Positions 1 through 9,718 of a stretch of DNA of 64,000 nucleotides are shown piece after piece. Under the pieces are notes generated by a model. It was given only the letters and a program-made list of their open reading frames with translations, did no database searches and had not been told where the DNA came from. Where the stretch lies: the sequence record PP496439.1; one strand, 5' to 3'. A program made the translations under genes and the position numbers. The number at the start of each line of letters is the position of its first letter. Position 1 is the first letter of the stretch.

Positions 1-144
1 CTGCTCGGAAGTCGTCAACTTCGCTTCTTCCTGCGACCCTCGCGGGGCACCTGGAAGTACGATTGCGCCGTAGACACCCGGCGAACTCGCAACCGAAGTC
101 GCGAGATTGATTTCCGAGAGGGTTACCTTTGCTGCACCACTCAT
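1..144 (-). CDS. Contractile tail sheath protein, N-terminus (runs off the window edge)
   Basis: Not in the ORF track. ATG at 144 with a GAGGG SD. Translates MSGAAKVTLSEINLATSVASSPGVYGAIVLPGAPRGSQEEAKLTTSEQ, a typical sheath N-terminal pattern. Lies downstream of the capsid genes. Confidence 0.65.
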   Translation of the reverse strand, partial: MSGAAKVTLSEINLATSVASSPGVYGAIVLPGAPRGSQEEAKLTTSEQ

Positions 145-165
145 AGTGATTCCCTCGATGGAGTG

Positions 166-354
166 TTAAGCCTGGACTTGTTCAGTAACCTTGCCCGGCA
201 ACGGGTAGGTCAACTGATCACGATCCAGACGTTTCAGGACGCCGAGCGGCGGCAGGGTAACGGAATCTTTTCCCTCTGGACCATAGGCCAGCTGGATGGG
301 GTGCTTCGCCGTCGAATACAGATTGACGTAAACTTTTTCTTGATCAGACATCAC
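166..354 (-). CDS. Small hypothetical protein in the structural operon
   Basis: 62-aa ORF packed between co-oriented structural genes. Confidence 0.6.
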   Translation of the reverse strand: MMSDQEKVYVNLYSTAKHPIQLAYGPEGKDSVTLPPLGVLKRLDRDQLTYPLPGKVTEQVQA

Positions 355-369
355 ATCGTCTCCTAACCG

Positions 370-1056
370 TTATGGCGTCGGGGTCAGATCTATTTCCTTG
401 CGGAACAGTACCTCGCCCTTACCGTTTTCACCTTCATCAAGCTGGGCAACGAAGATAATCTTCGAGCTGTTCTTGAGCTTCGTGTCGTACTTGCCCCCAT
501 CACTGGAGACATAACCGTGGACAGTGATGTCTACGTTGAACACGAACGCCGATACGTCCTGACCCGCCTTCGACTTGGGAGGCAATGTCAGTTCACCACC
601 GACTTGAGACTCAATCGTGAACGGGATACCTCGGTACTCCAGCGTGAAATCCAGCAGGCTGAAATGCTGCATGAACTTCGCGTCACTGATGAACTTTAGC
701 GCCTTCAGGTAATCGTCGGTAGCGAACTCCAGAACCATACCCATTGTAACCGGGATGATACTGATTGCGTACTCTCGATCCCCCTCGTTGATGGCAAAGC
801 GATTAACAATCCCTCGCGCTGTCACATTGGGGCGGTGTCGATTGGAATCACCTACGGTGCCGTAAGTCAGATAAGCGAAAGGGAACGTGGGTGCCTTTTC
901 CCTTTTCTGAACGAACACATCGTAAGCTTCTTCCCGCGTTCGAATCATGACGCTGCCTTTAGCTAGGTCCAGCCCTTCTTCGACACGACGGCATACACCC
1001 GCCAAGACGAACACCTCGATGGGCTTGATCCTTGTACTTGCTGAAGACTTAGCCAT
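370..1056 (-). CDS. Putative neck/tail-completion virion protein
   Basis: 228 aa with a GAGG SD, between capsid and sheath genes. Function inferred from synteny only. Confidence 0.5.
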   Translation of the reverse strand: MAKSSASTRIKPIEVFVLAGVCRRVEEGLDLAKGSVMIRTREEAYDVFVQKREKAPTFPFAYLTYGTVGDSNRHRPNVTARGIVNRFAINEGDREYAISIIPVTMGMVLEFATDDYLKALKFISDAKFMQHFSLLDFTLEYRGIPFTIESQVGGELTLPPKSKAGQDVSAFVFNVDITVHGYVSSDGGKYDTKLKNSSKIIFVAQLDEGENGKGEVLFRKEIDLTPTP

Positions 1057-1067
1057 TTTCTACCTCG

Positions 1068-1103
1068 AAAAAAGGGTGGGTGGGCGGTAACACCCACCCA
1101 CCC
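1068..1103 (-). terminator. Intrinsic terminator after the major capsid gene
   Basis: GGGTGGGTG/CACCCACCC stem followed by a T-tract on the minus strand. Confidence 0.8.
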
Positions 1104-1125
1104 TATATCACCTGACGTGCTGTGG

Positions 1126-2214
1126 TTACTGGCGGATAGCCTTGGTCACAGTGCGAGAGTTGATGATGGACATCGCGGTCAGCTGGCTCATGGTCCAACC
1201 ACGACCTGGGAAGCGCTCGGTGGTCTCGTCGATAGGGCGAGCCTCGATGCCATCACGGTCGGAGTACACACCATGGTTCTCTGGCGAGGAAACCACGTAC
1301 ATCTCGCCACGGCCCAGCACCTTGTGCTGCGAATGACGGAACTGGTCAGTGATCACTTCCAGGCCGTACACGTTGCCGATGTTGCCGGTTTGAATCAGCT
1401 CTTCGGCGTACGAGGTGGCGTTGAAAGTGTTGACCCAGCTTTCTTCGCTGATGATGTCGGTCAGGATGTCCGACGAGATCAACCAGAATGCCGCTGGCAG
1501 GCCCCACTGGGTGATGTTACTCACCATGTTGGCCAGAGCGCGGGTGGTCACTTGACCGGCGAGGATGGTCTGCTCGTTGGCTACGCCGACCGACGCATCG
1601 GCCAGACGTTTCCACAGGCGGTCTTCCGCAACCATGAACGCTTCCAGCGTGGAGATGTACGTACGGTCGAGCAGAGTGGCCGGGCCGCGAGCCAGGTCTT
1701 TCTGTTCGATGTACGGACGCGCTTGGAGGTAAAACTCTTGCGGGTAGTACACGTTGTCGCGAACCAGGTGGGTCGCAACTTGGGCAGGACCAGTCGAGAG
1801 GACAGCGACGGACTGCTTCATGTCCACGGTGACTTTCGGCTCTTGGCCTTGTTCCAGTTCCATGCGTTGCAGCAGACGACGTGCGAAGCCGTCACGGTTG
1901 CCGGTCACTTGCATCTCGGCGGCGAAAACTTCGCCCAGTGCAACCAGCTCTTCCTTGCTGGCGAATGCGGCTTCAACCATCTCACGCTTGCGAGCGGCAG
2001 CAGCCGAAGCAGTTTCAACCTGCTTCTCGGTGGTCAGCTGGTGGCCGCTCTTGGCCGCAGCTGCGAGGGTCTGGAGCATGCCGAACAGCTCTTTGTTCGA
2101 ACTGGCGTTGAACTCGCCGTTCTGGCCAACCAGCTTACCGCCGCCTGCCATGGACAGTTCGGTGATGATGCTCGGACGGCTGACGGACAGCCCTTTAAGT
2201 TGCAATGCTTTCAT
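1126..2214 (-). CDS. Major capsid protein (HK97-like fold)
   Basis: 362 aa with strong codon bias, a GAGG SD and its own terminator. GFARRLLQ and GNIGNVYGLEVITD segments are HK97-like. Follows the scaffold and decoration genes. Confidence 0.75.
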   Translation of the reverse strand: MKALQLKGLSVSRPSIITELSMAGGGKLVGQNGEFNASSNKELFGMLQTLAAAAKSGHQLTTEKQVETASAAAARKREMVEAAFASKEELVALGEVFAAEMQVTGNRDGFARRLLQRMELEQGQEPKVTVDMKQSVAVLSTGPAQVATHLVRDNVYYPQEFYLQARPYIEQKDLARGPATLLDRTYISTLEAFMVAEDRLWKRLADASVGVANEQTILAGQVTTRALANMVSNITQWGLPAAFWLISSDILTDIISEESWVNTFNATSYAEELIQTGNIGNVYGLEVITDQFRHSQHKVLGRGEMYVVSSPENHGVYSDRDGIEARPIDETTERFPGRGWTMSQLTAMSIINSRTVTKAIRQ

Positions 2215-2277
2215 GAGGTTTTAATCCTGTGCAGGAAAATCAGAAGACCTTGTCTGTATTGATAAGGCTAACTAGCC

Positions 2278-2985
2278 TTACAGCAGGACCAGTTTCAGGA
2301 ACGGATAGCCTTCATCCGGGCCTTTCAGAACAGCGACGCCTTGCAGCACGGTGCCGTTGCCACCGCTGGTGAACAGGCCGTTCGCGCCGAGGGTGACCAC
2401 GGTCTCAGGGGACCAGTCAACGTTGGTGTCGAATTCGGAAGTCGCCAGTTCGCCTTTGGTGATGGCGGTGGTAATCCCGAGGAAAGCGGCGGCGGTGCGA
2501 CCGGCAGACTGTTCGCCTTGCAGCGAAGCAGCTTCTACGACGGTCGGGGTGTAGCGATAGCCAGCCTGAATCGCTTGGTCTTTCTGTGCAGCGTTCAGCG
2601 TGACGGTCTTGCCGTCCGAAGCGAGGCTGAACTTGCCAGCGGTGGCAGCATCACCAGCGGCCAGAGTGGTCTTGGTGCCGTTGGCAGCAGTAGCTACCAG
2701 ACGCAGCGAACCGGCGTCGGCGACAGCCTTGTCCAGCACCAGAGTAGTGCTGTTACGGTTGGCTTCGAAACCTTGCAGCTTCGGCAGGAAGTCCGGGAAC
2801 TGGGTCTGATTGATGTTGATGCCGAAGAAGCGCTCACCGGCAACACCAGTGGAGGGCTTGACTGCCAACTCACCGTCAGCGCCGGTAGTGATAACCAGAG
2901 CGCAACCTTCGTTGGTCAATTCGATCCCTTCCGCCACTTGGACAGGTTGGGATTCGCGCAGATGAACGACGTCGAAACTGAGCAT
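2278..2985 (-). CDS. Putative head decoration/structural protein
   Basis: 235 aa, Ala/Gly/Thr-rich, directly upstream of the capsid gene. Confidence 0.55.
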   Translation of the reverse strand: MLSFDVVHLRESQPVQVAEGIELTNEGCALVITTGADGELAVKPSTGVAGERFFGININQTQFPDFLPKLQGFEANRNSTTLVLDKAVADAGSLRLVATAANGTKTTLAAGDAATAGKFSLASDGKTVTLNAAQKDQAIQAGYRYTPTVVEAASLQGEQSAGRTAAAFLGITTAITKGELATSEFDTNVDWSPETVVTLGANGLFTSGGNGTVLQGVAVLKGPDEGYPFLKLVLL

Positions 2986-3046
2986 GGTACGTTCCTCAAA
3001 GGAAGGATAGATAAAAACGGATGACTGTCTCGGGTTGAATCAACCC

Positions 3047-4576
3047 TTAACTGATGCGGAACAGTCCGCCTTGAGCGAGTTCACGCACACGCGAGTTACC
3101 CTTCTGAACAGGTTCATTCAGGAAGGAAGCGGTGGTTACCTGGCGCAACGGGGTCTCGAGTTGGTTTTCCAGCTGCGCAGTAGAAGCCTGACGGCCATTG
3201 CTGCGAGTCGAGGAACCTACCGGAGTGGTGGAAGCGATGGTTTCCGCCAGATCATTCAGGCTGCTCGGGTCACGGGCTGCCAGTGTCTGAGCCAGCGCGA
3301 GGACGTTTTGGTTATGTTCGTCTTCGGTTTCGGCCAAAGCGCTCTCAACCATGGCTTGCGCGTTCTGTACACCGGCGGTGGTCAGATCGGCAATCAGGCG
3401 TTCCTTCACTTTGTGTGGGGTGTTGCGGAAGAACCCACGGGTCATACCAGCTGTCGCCAGCTGAAGGCCATGCAGCAGTCGTTCGGTCTGATCGCCAACG
3501 GTGTCGGCGACTTCGGCGGCAGCGACAGCCTTAGCCTTTTCTTGCACGAATGCCATTGCCATCGCGGCAGGGGCCTTGAAGCTGTTACGCTGGAAGCCGT
3601 AGCTGGCCAGAGTTGCGTCCAAGCCGTCCTTGTTGAACGTCTGCGCGATTGCTTCCATGTACGCTGGCTCGCCGAAGATATCGGCGTTGGCGGTTTCTGC
3701 GGTCTTGTGCAGGACAGCCACGGTCTGATCGTTGACGTTAGCCAAGATCTTGCCGTTCAGCGGGATGAATTCAGCAGTCGCGTCTTCACTCAGGCCAACC
3801 GAGGACAGCGCTTCGAGAACGTCGATGTTCATATCTTCGGGCTCGTCACATTGGTCGGGATTCTGCGTGGACTGGATGACTTCGGCTTCTTCAACCGGTT
3901 CGTCTTCCGACTCCTCTTCTTCCTCGTCATCAGCTTCGGCGGATGCAACCACCGGCTTCTGCTTCGGCATGATGATCATCGGATTGTCCTCGGCGGAAGC
4001 TTCTTCCTCCAAGTCCTCGTCAGACTCATTCGATTCGTCGTCTTCCAGTTCTTCGTCGTCGGCGCTGGTGTCGTCATCGCTGAGATCCGAATCGTCTTCC
4101 GACTCTTCTTCCTCGGCGCTGGCTTCCTCGGCGGGTTGATCGCCGTCCCATGCCCAATCGGCGTTCGCATCTTCTTCGTCGGTGGCAGTGGTATCATCAT
4201 CTGCACCAGCGAGAGTTACGTTGGGGTTCAATACCATTCCCGTACCGCATTCAACACAGCAGATCTCTACGTGGCCTTCTTTGTTCACTGGCATTTGCGC
4301 CAGCTCTTCATCGAACATCACGTTAGCCACGGTGCACTGACGGCACTGCGCGCTGGTGAGACTATCTTCTGCTTCCGTCTGGTTAAAGACGGAAGCAGTG
4401 ATTGCCTCGGCACGCTGTTTCATGGCTGGACTGCCGCAGTGACCGCAGAACGGATCGCACCCCGCCAACGCTACCGTTTCCTCTTTGCAGTGACCGCACT
4501 GGTATGAAGCCAGTACAGCCTGCTTGAGGCTACGCATGGTTGGGGCGTGAGAAGCGATCATGGTGAGCTTCGGCAT
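3047..4576 (-). CDS. Putative prohead scaffold/core protein with Cys-rich N-terminus and acidic linker
   Basis: Start revised to ATG 4576 (GAGGAG SD). Has CxxC pairs, a long Asp/Glu tract and a helical C-terminus. Lies upstream of the decoration and capsid genes. Confidence 0.55.
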   Translation of the reverse strand: MPKLTMIASHAPTMRSLKQAVLASYQCGHCKEETVALAGCDPFCGHCGSPAMKQRAEAITASVFNQTEAEDSLTSAQCRQCTVANVMFDEELAQMPVNKEGHVEICCVECGTGMVLNPNVTLAGADDDTTATDEEDANADWAWDGDQPAEEASAEEEESEDDSDLSDDDTSADDEELEDDESNESDEDLEEEASAEDNPMIIMPKQKPVVASAEADDEEEEESEDEPVEEAEVIQSTQNPDQCDEPEDMNIDVLEALSSVGLSEDATAEFIPLNGKILANVNDQTVAVLHKTAETANADIFGEPAYMEAIAQTFNKDGLDATLASYGFQRNSFKAPAAMAMAFVQEKAKAVAAAEVADTVGDQTERLLHGLQLATAGMTRGFFRNTPHKVKERLIADLTTAGVQNAQAMVESALAETEDEHNQNVLALAQTLAARDPSSLNDLAETIASTTPVGSSTRSNGRQASTAQLENQLETPLRQVTTASFLNEPVQKGNSRVRELAQGGLFRIS

Positions 4577-4903
4577 GCGAAGTGCTCCTCTTGCTGTCAA
4601 TGGGCTGCTACACACTATAAGCATGAGCAGATCTTCGAGCAGGCCACCTCGACGGCCCCTGCTACGGTAAACTCGGATTCACCCCTCCACGCGTATATAA
4701 CGTTTTGGGAACAATTCAAATTACATACGACCAGAGTGCCATGGTGTCCATACCTGCGTCAAAACGCCCGTTTGCCATCATGTCGGGATATGCCCAGCCA
4801 TATGAGTGCTAAGTCATTGATTACCTTGACAATTAATTAGGGGGTATGTGGCCCCCTAATTCATGGAAATTAAGGTATTTTGGCTATATCTGCGTCAAAG
4901 TGC

Positions 4904-4932
4904 TTGACAAACGCCGCCAGGCACCGTATACT
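4904..4932 (+). promoter_or_regulatory. Consensus-like sigma70 promoter
   Basis: TTGACA (4904-4909), 17-bp spacer, TATACT (4927-4932). Confidence 0.85.
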
Positions 4933-4995
4933 GCACGGGCGGGCTACTATTCCAGCCCGCTACGTCCATGCCCACGGGGGCACCAAGGAACCAAC

Positions 4996-5472
4996 ATGAA
5001 GAGTATGATTCGCCGCAAAGATGGGTTTTACACGGAGTTGTTAGCCGGTGCAAAAGACCCTGTTGCCCTGTCCAAGACTGCATTCAACCGTGGACTGACC
5101 CGGATCGTTGCATCTATTACGAGCAGTGTTAAGCTGCGGTACGTAGTAGATTCCGAAACCGGTGATGCGGAATACCGGGTACGAGTGAAGTTCCAGAAAA
5201 GCCAGATGACCCGCAAGGGTACTCCGGCTATCAAGGTGGGAAGGGTACTGGTTCCCGTTGATCTCGACAGCATTGCAGTGCATTGCACGTGTCAGGACTT
5301 TCGATTCACCTGGTACACCTATTTGAAGAACTCGGGGCACGCTGCCGGTTGGTTCAAGCAGGTGGAGTTGAAAGGGTCGGGCCGCACTCGGGAAGCTGAC
5401 CATGCAGGTTGCTGCAAACACGTCGCCGGTGTACTGGCAATGGTTGAGCAGAACGTTATCGTCAAGCTGTGA
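4996..5472 (+). CDS. SWIM-type zinc-finger protein
   Basis: HCTCQDF...CCKH motif. Start revised to ATG 4996 (AAGGA SD). Confidence 0.7.
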   Translation: MKSMIRRKDGFYTELLAGAKDPVALSKTAFNRGLTRIVASITSSVKLRYVVDSETGDAEYRVRVKFQKSQMTRKGTPAIKVGRVLVPVDLDSIAVHCTCQDFRFTWYTYLKNSGHAAGWFKQVELKGSGRTREADHAGCCKHVAGVLAMVEQNVIVKL

Positions 5473-5506
5473 CCCAGATGCAGTGAGTGTTACATGATAG
5501 AGAAAA

Positions 5507-5542
5507 TAAAACCCCACCGGTTCGCGCCGTGTGGGGTTTTTT
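5507..5542. terminator. Bidirectional intrinsic terminator
   Basis: AAAACCCCAC...GTGGGGTTTTTT between convergent genes. Confidence 0.8.
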
Positions 5543-5559
5543 GTGTCTTCGATTCAATC

Positions 5560-8346
5560 TTAGGCAAAGTCTTTCTGTGCCAGCACCAATGGTACGCCGA
5601 CAGTATTCAGTGCTATCTGGGTGAACTCCTTCAATTCTGATCTGGTCAGCTTCCGGCTCAGCATCACCCCATCGTGCTCTTGTGCCACTACGATGTCTTT
5701 GTGTCGCATGTTGAACTCTATCATCACCGCTTGCTCCATACCGCAGGTGATGAAGTGCAGCAGCTTCGACTTCTCCTTTTGTGTCGTCCACCCATTCAGC
5801 ATCTTGTCCGTATAGAAGAAGGCCACTGACCCCAGCGCATTGCGAACGCTCACTGCGCTGGCGGTAGCATTGTCTGGATCAAGTCCAGCATCCTTGATTG
5901 ATCTGGACAGCGACTTGTACAGGAAGTAGTTCTGCTTGGCGATCAGGTCTCGATTGACCGGCAGCTTGACGTGTTCAGTTACCTTGTAGTCAGGGTGCGC
6001 AAGGATCATGCTGGGCAATGCCTGCATCGTCCTAATCACGGGGAAGATCAACCGGTTGGTGGTGTAGATCAAAGCGATTGCCAGTTCCATCATCTTAATC
6101 TTGAGGGCTTGCACGTGGCTCTCATTCAACTCCAGTTCAATCGGCGCAACCAGACCACGGATCAGTTTGTCTATGGTGTCGGGCACCACGGAAGATTTCA
6201 GGATGGACTCATGCGATGTCTTGAGGCTGGACCCGTACATGACGGACAGGAACATCAGCTTGCAGACTCCATCGATAACCCGGATGAACTCCCTCTCCTT
6301 GCGCCACGTTTGACCCATCGTCTGCCCCGCGCTTTTCCATACCTGATGCAGCGCCAGTCGGTCATTCCATCTTGACTCACTTCCAGACCACTTCGGTGCG
6401 CCGTATACCCCAGCTCTCCATGGGTTCCGTACCATGACCAGCGCCGACTCCAGCAGTCCTTTGAATCCAGAATCCTCCATCTCAGTCAGCACATGATCCG
6501 TCCACGTCTTGGATTCGTACATTCCGAAGATGGTCAACGCACTATCCACGTCCCGGTCCGTGAGAAACACCTTCCCGTATTCGTCTATCGTCTGGACCAG
6601 TTCCTTGCGATACTTCTTGACCAGCCCACCGATCAGCATCGGGTGGCAAGACTTGACATCGTAGTTGACGTACCCACTCTTGGTGAGGATCACCTGCTTG
6701 AGTTGGTTGGGCAGTGAACCAAAGCCCACCGGGGAGTTTATCCGGGGCGAGCGCAAGGTGGTGAAGTGATGTGCACGGTGCATTACTATCTGGTTGTGGC
6801 GGTCGCTGCTTCCTTGCTGACACCCCAAGTTCTCCGGGTTGATCATGCGGGCCAGCGTACGGAAGGCGCCGGAGGATATGGCATCACCTGACGTGTGGTG
6901 CATCCAGCTCAGCTCCGCAAGCAGGTCGTTGACGGGTAAGCGCACACTCTTGGTGGACAACATGCGTATGTATGCCTTCACATTGACCGGAACAACTGGC
7001 CGGGTGGACAGGTTTATGTTGTCGCTGATCTCCTTGTACGTCGGGTTGTTCACCACACAAGATTGCACCATGGAGACACGGCGTAACATCGTGCACGCCT
7101 TGATCGGCACGTTCTTATCATGGAACATGTACAGCTTGCCCGGCTGGCCGGTCAGGTTATCGTTCGCCACCAGAGACTCACTGTAGGGCAGCTGAGAACT
7201 GAATACCATGACAGCCTGCCCTCGTTCCGCGAACGCGTAGATCGCATTGGGCAGTACCCGGTTGCTACCCTTCAGATTGGTTAGCCAGCGGCCCAGCGGT
7301 TTAACGTCACGAGGCCGGCCCATCAAACGCCCATGCAGGTAGGCATCAACCTTATCCATGTACGAGTCAACGAACTGGGTGACCACAGGACCAGGTTCGA
7401 ACGTGAACGTCTTGTGCTTCCAGTAATCTGCTTCCGTGGTTACGGCCATCAGCCCCATGGTCTCCAGCACAGCGCGCACGGTATCCCAGTGATACGTCAT
7501 CTGACCTTTCTTCGATCCTTCGATGTTCCGCCAGTTGATCAGATTGTTGAACCGTTTTTCACCTTGATGCGAGCCGAGCCCGTAGCCTTCCTTGACCTGA
7601 TCCTTCTTGATCGCGAACTGGGTATCGTGGCTATGATCCAGATCAACGTGAAGGAACCGGGAAACAGACCGAGCGTGGTTCAGTTCCATGGGGAACGCCA
7701 GCTTGTTGGTCAGGTCCTTGGGGTTGAACGCAGGGTTCCATTGAAAGCCGTCCTTCGAGGTTCCCTTGTGTACGGCGGACACTAGATGCCGGGCCATTGA
7801 GTCGCGGGAGTCGAAGTGGCCTTTGTCGTTCACCTTATCCAGCAGCATGGGATATGCCACGACAAGGCGGGCGATCAGGAAGGCGAAGCAGTAGGCAGCA
7901 GACGGACCGGGCGCACAGTTGCGCTCCGCCATCTTCTGGAGGAAGGTTTCGTATTGATCAAGGATGAAGTAGCCCAGACCGGGGGTGACCGCTACCGGCA
8001 GGCCGACGACGCGGCTGTCCAGCCAGCTTTTGCCGCTAGGGTACAGGTTATGCTTGGGGTTCAGCGAAGGTTCAACCACCATCATCCGCACATAGGGGAC
8101 GTAGGACTGCACCCATTCAACGTTGGATTGATCTTTAGCTTCGGGGAAGTCACGGGTTACCTTTCCCACTTTGGCAATGAGATCAGTATTGAAGCGCCCT
8201 ACATCCTTTACCTCAGGGGCCAGTGCGGGGTTTAGTCGAGCCGTAGCCTTGATGATGGGTATTTGGTCATACACGGGATACAAGTCTAGGGGCTTGGACA
8301 GTATGCCTGCATATTCCTTTTCCGAGAGTGGGGTATAGTCAGCCAT
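5560..8346 (-). CDS. Divergent family-A-like (DNA/RNA polymerase superfamily) protein
   Basis: 928 aa. C-terminal motif A-like NYDVKSCHP, motif B-like KLMFLSVMYG (K-x7-YG), motif C-like QEHDG. No 3'-5' exonuclease motifs recognised. Confidence 0.65.
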   Translation of the reverse strand: MADYTPLSEKEYAGILSKPLDLYPVYDQIPIIKATARLNPALAPEVKDVGRFNTDLIAKVGKVTRDFPEAKDQSNVEWVQSYVPYVRMMVVEPSLNPKHNLYPSGKSWLDSRVVGLPVAVTPGLGYFILDQYETFLQKMAERNCAPGPSAAYCFAFLIARLVVAYPMLLDKVNDKGHFDSRDSMARHLVSAVHKGTSKDGFQWNPAFNPKDLTNKLAFPMELNHARSVSRFLHVDLDHSHDTQFAIKKDQVKEGYGLGSHQGEKRFNNLINWRNIEGSKKGQMTYHWDTVRAVLETMGLMAVTTEADYWKHKTFTFEPGPVVTQFVDSYMDKVDAYLHGRLMGRPRDVKPLGRWLTNLKGSNRVLPNAIYAFAERGQAVMVFSSQLPYSESLVANDNLTGQPGKLYMFHDKNVPIKACTMLRRVSMVQSCVVNNPTYKEISDNINLSTRPVVPVNVKAYIRMLSTKSVRLPVNDLLAELSWMHHTSGDAISSGAFRTLARMINPENLGCQQGSSDRHNQIVMHRAHHFTTLRSPRINSPVGFGSLPNQLKQVILTKSGYVNYDVKSCHPMLIGGLVKKYRKELVQTIDEYGKVFLTDRDVDSALTIFGMYESKTWTDHVLTEMEDSGFKGLLESALVMVRNPWRAGVYGAPKWSGSESRWNDRLALHQVWKSAGQTMGQTWRKEREFIRVIDGVCKLMFLSVMYGSSLKTSHESILKSSVVPDTIDKLIRGLVAPIELELNESHVQALKIKMMELAIALIYTTNRLIFPVIRTMQALPSMILAHPDYKVTEHVKLPVNRDLIAKQNYFLYKSLSRSIKDAGLDPDNATASAVSVRNALGSVAFFYTDKMLNGWTTQKEKSKLLHFITCGMEQAVMIEFNMRHKDIVVAQEHDGVMLSRKLTRSELKEFTQIALNTVGVPLVLAQKDFA

Positions 8347-8395
8347 TGGATAGCTCGCGTATTACCGGAGTGAATGGAATTGGACGTTATCAGCC

Positions 8396-8402
8396 CATTT
8401 AC
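8396..8402 (-). promoter_or_regulatory. GTAAATR putative phage promoter element
   Basis: GTAAATG about 50 nt upstream of the ATG at 8346. Confidence 0.5.
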
Positions 8403-8810
8403 CAGACTATATACAGAGTATCTTATGGGGGTTAAAAAGGACCATCTTGCAATTATTTGGGTCATTAATTCCCTTCCAGGCCATAAACCTCTATCTGTGG
8501 ATACGGGGGTAGTTAGCCCTAGATACATCCCTATTACCTGTGTATATTGCCCATGTAGACTCTATTCCCCTATCGGGAAGTATAACCTCGAAAAAGGTTC
8601 CTAGCTTGCATGGGCTGGCCCACCCACCCCGTGGCCCACCCGACCGCCCGGTTAAGGCCATACCTAGGGATTCCTTTCTCCCAGAGGGACCCCCAGCTGC
8701 CCATCCTTCCCCTGCTCCTTCCTTTCCTTCATCATCTACACCCACCCAGCTATTGACTTACCATCTAGTGATCCTCCTTCCTCCAGCTTCTACATAGGCA
8801 GTTAGCTTCC

Positions 8811-9072
8811 CCATGCCTCTAAGCTCCTCCGCTTCATCATGCACTTATGCTCTGTAGTACTGATTCCCCACATGCCCGTGACTTATGCTCTGGTGTCAGT
8901 ATTCCCAGCCTCCCAGGTGAAAAGGGTGTCCATGCGCTGGGGAGTTGTCCGGGGAATAGCGCCCGTGAATAGGGCTTCCAGGCGTGCGATATGGGGAGTT
9001 TTTCGGGGATGGATGAGTCAGTATGGCGGGGAATGGGGAATGAAGCGCCTGCGAGCTTGTAGGAGCCCATGG
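8811..9072. repeat. Degenerate inverted repeat (~70-nt arms) in the largest non-coding region
   Basis: Blocks CCATG, AAGCTC, GCTTCAT, TACTGAYTC and CATSCCCG at 8811-8879 recur in order on the reverse complement of ~9004-9072. Confidence 0.55.
8843..8892 (+). repeat. 12-bp direct repeat ACTTATGCTCTG, two copies
   Basis: Copies at 8843-8854 and 8881-8892, each followed by ATTCCC. Confidence 0.7.
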
Positions 9073-9119
9073 TTATTGACTGGATATGCGGGACTGGGGC
9101 GGGGTTTCCTGCGGAGGTG

Positions 9120-9153
9120 AAAAAGCCCGCACGGCTTGGGACCGATACGGGCT
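9120..9153 (-). terminator. Intrinsic terminator
   Basis: AGCCCG/CGGGCT stem with a T-tract on the minus strand, just past the stop at 9160. Confidence 0.7.
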
Positions 9154-9159
9154 CTGGTA

Positions 9160-9684
9160 TTACTTGACGTACTCGGGATTCGGACGTTGCCTATCCACAC
9201 CTGCCGTACAGAACCTGCGGGTGTCCGACTGATCCTCTGGTACGTCCGGCGTACCTTTCATCCTCATGCGATACATGCGGATCATCTCATGCAGTTCGCC
9301 ACCGGGCTTCAATGCGTCTGGGTCATCCGCGTGAATGAAGCCCAGCATGTCGATAGCGTCTATCTCAAAGCCCAGTTCCTCAGACGGTATCAGCTGGAAC
9401 TCCTGATACACGCCGGGGATCGGAGCTTGCGGTCGGTACAGCGCCACCACTCTGCCTTTGCCCGGCTCGACGCCGAGTGCGCTTTCGTCCCGGCCCACCC
9501 ACATCTCACGGGAGCCCGGCACACTAGCTGGCACGTATTCGATAGAACCTTCAGGGTAATGCGCGGAGAACGTGGCAACGAACCACCGCGAACTGCCCTT
9601 GTAGCAGCGGAACGGTTTGGTCTCTCTGGCGTGGCGGGTCAGTGGGTTGTTCAACGGTGTAGATTGTTCGACGATCAGTGACAT
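9160..9684 (-). CDS. Hypothetical protein
   Basis: 174 aa with a GAGG SD, in the minus-strand gene run. Confidence 0.7.
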   Translation of the reverse strand: MSLIVEQSTPLNNPLTRHARETKPFRCYKGSSRWFVATFSAHYPEGSIEYVPASVPGSREMWVGRDESALGVEPGKGRVVALYRPQAPIPGVYQEFQLIPSEELGFEIDAIDMLGFIHADDPDALKPGGELHEMIRMYRMRMKGTPDVPEDQSDTRRFCTAGVDRQRPNPEYVK

Positions 9685-9718
9685 GATGTGTTCCTCTTCG
9701 GGGTAGTGGGTGCTGCGG

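Noticed and set aside
3900-4210. TCG/TCT-rich low-complexity DNA as a tandem repeat
   Set aside because: Explained by Asp/Glu codons of the scaffold linker. No fixed repeat unit.
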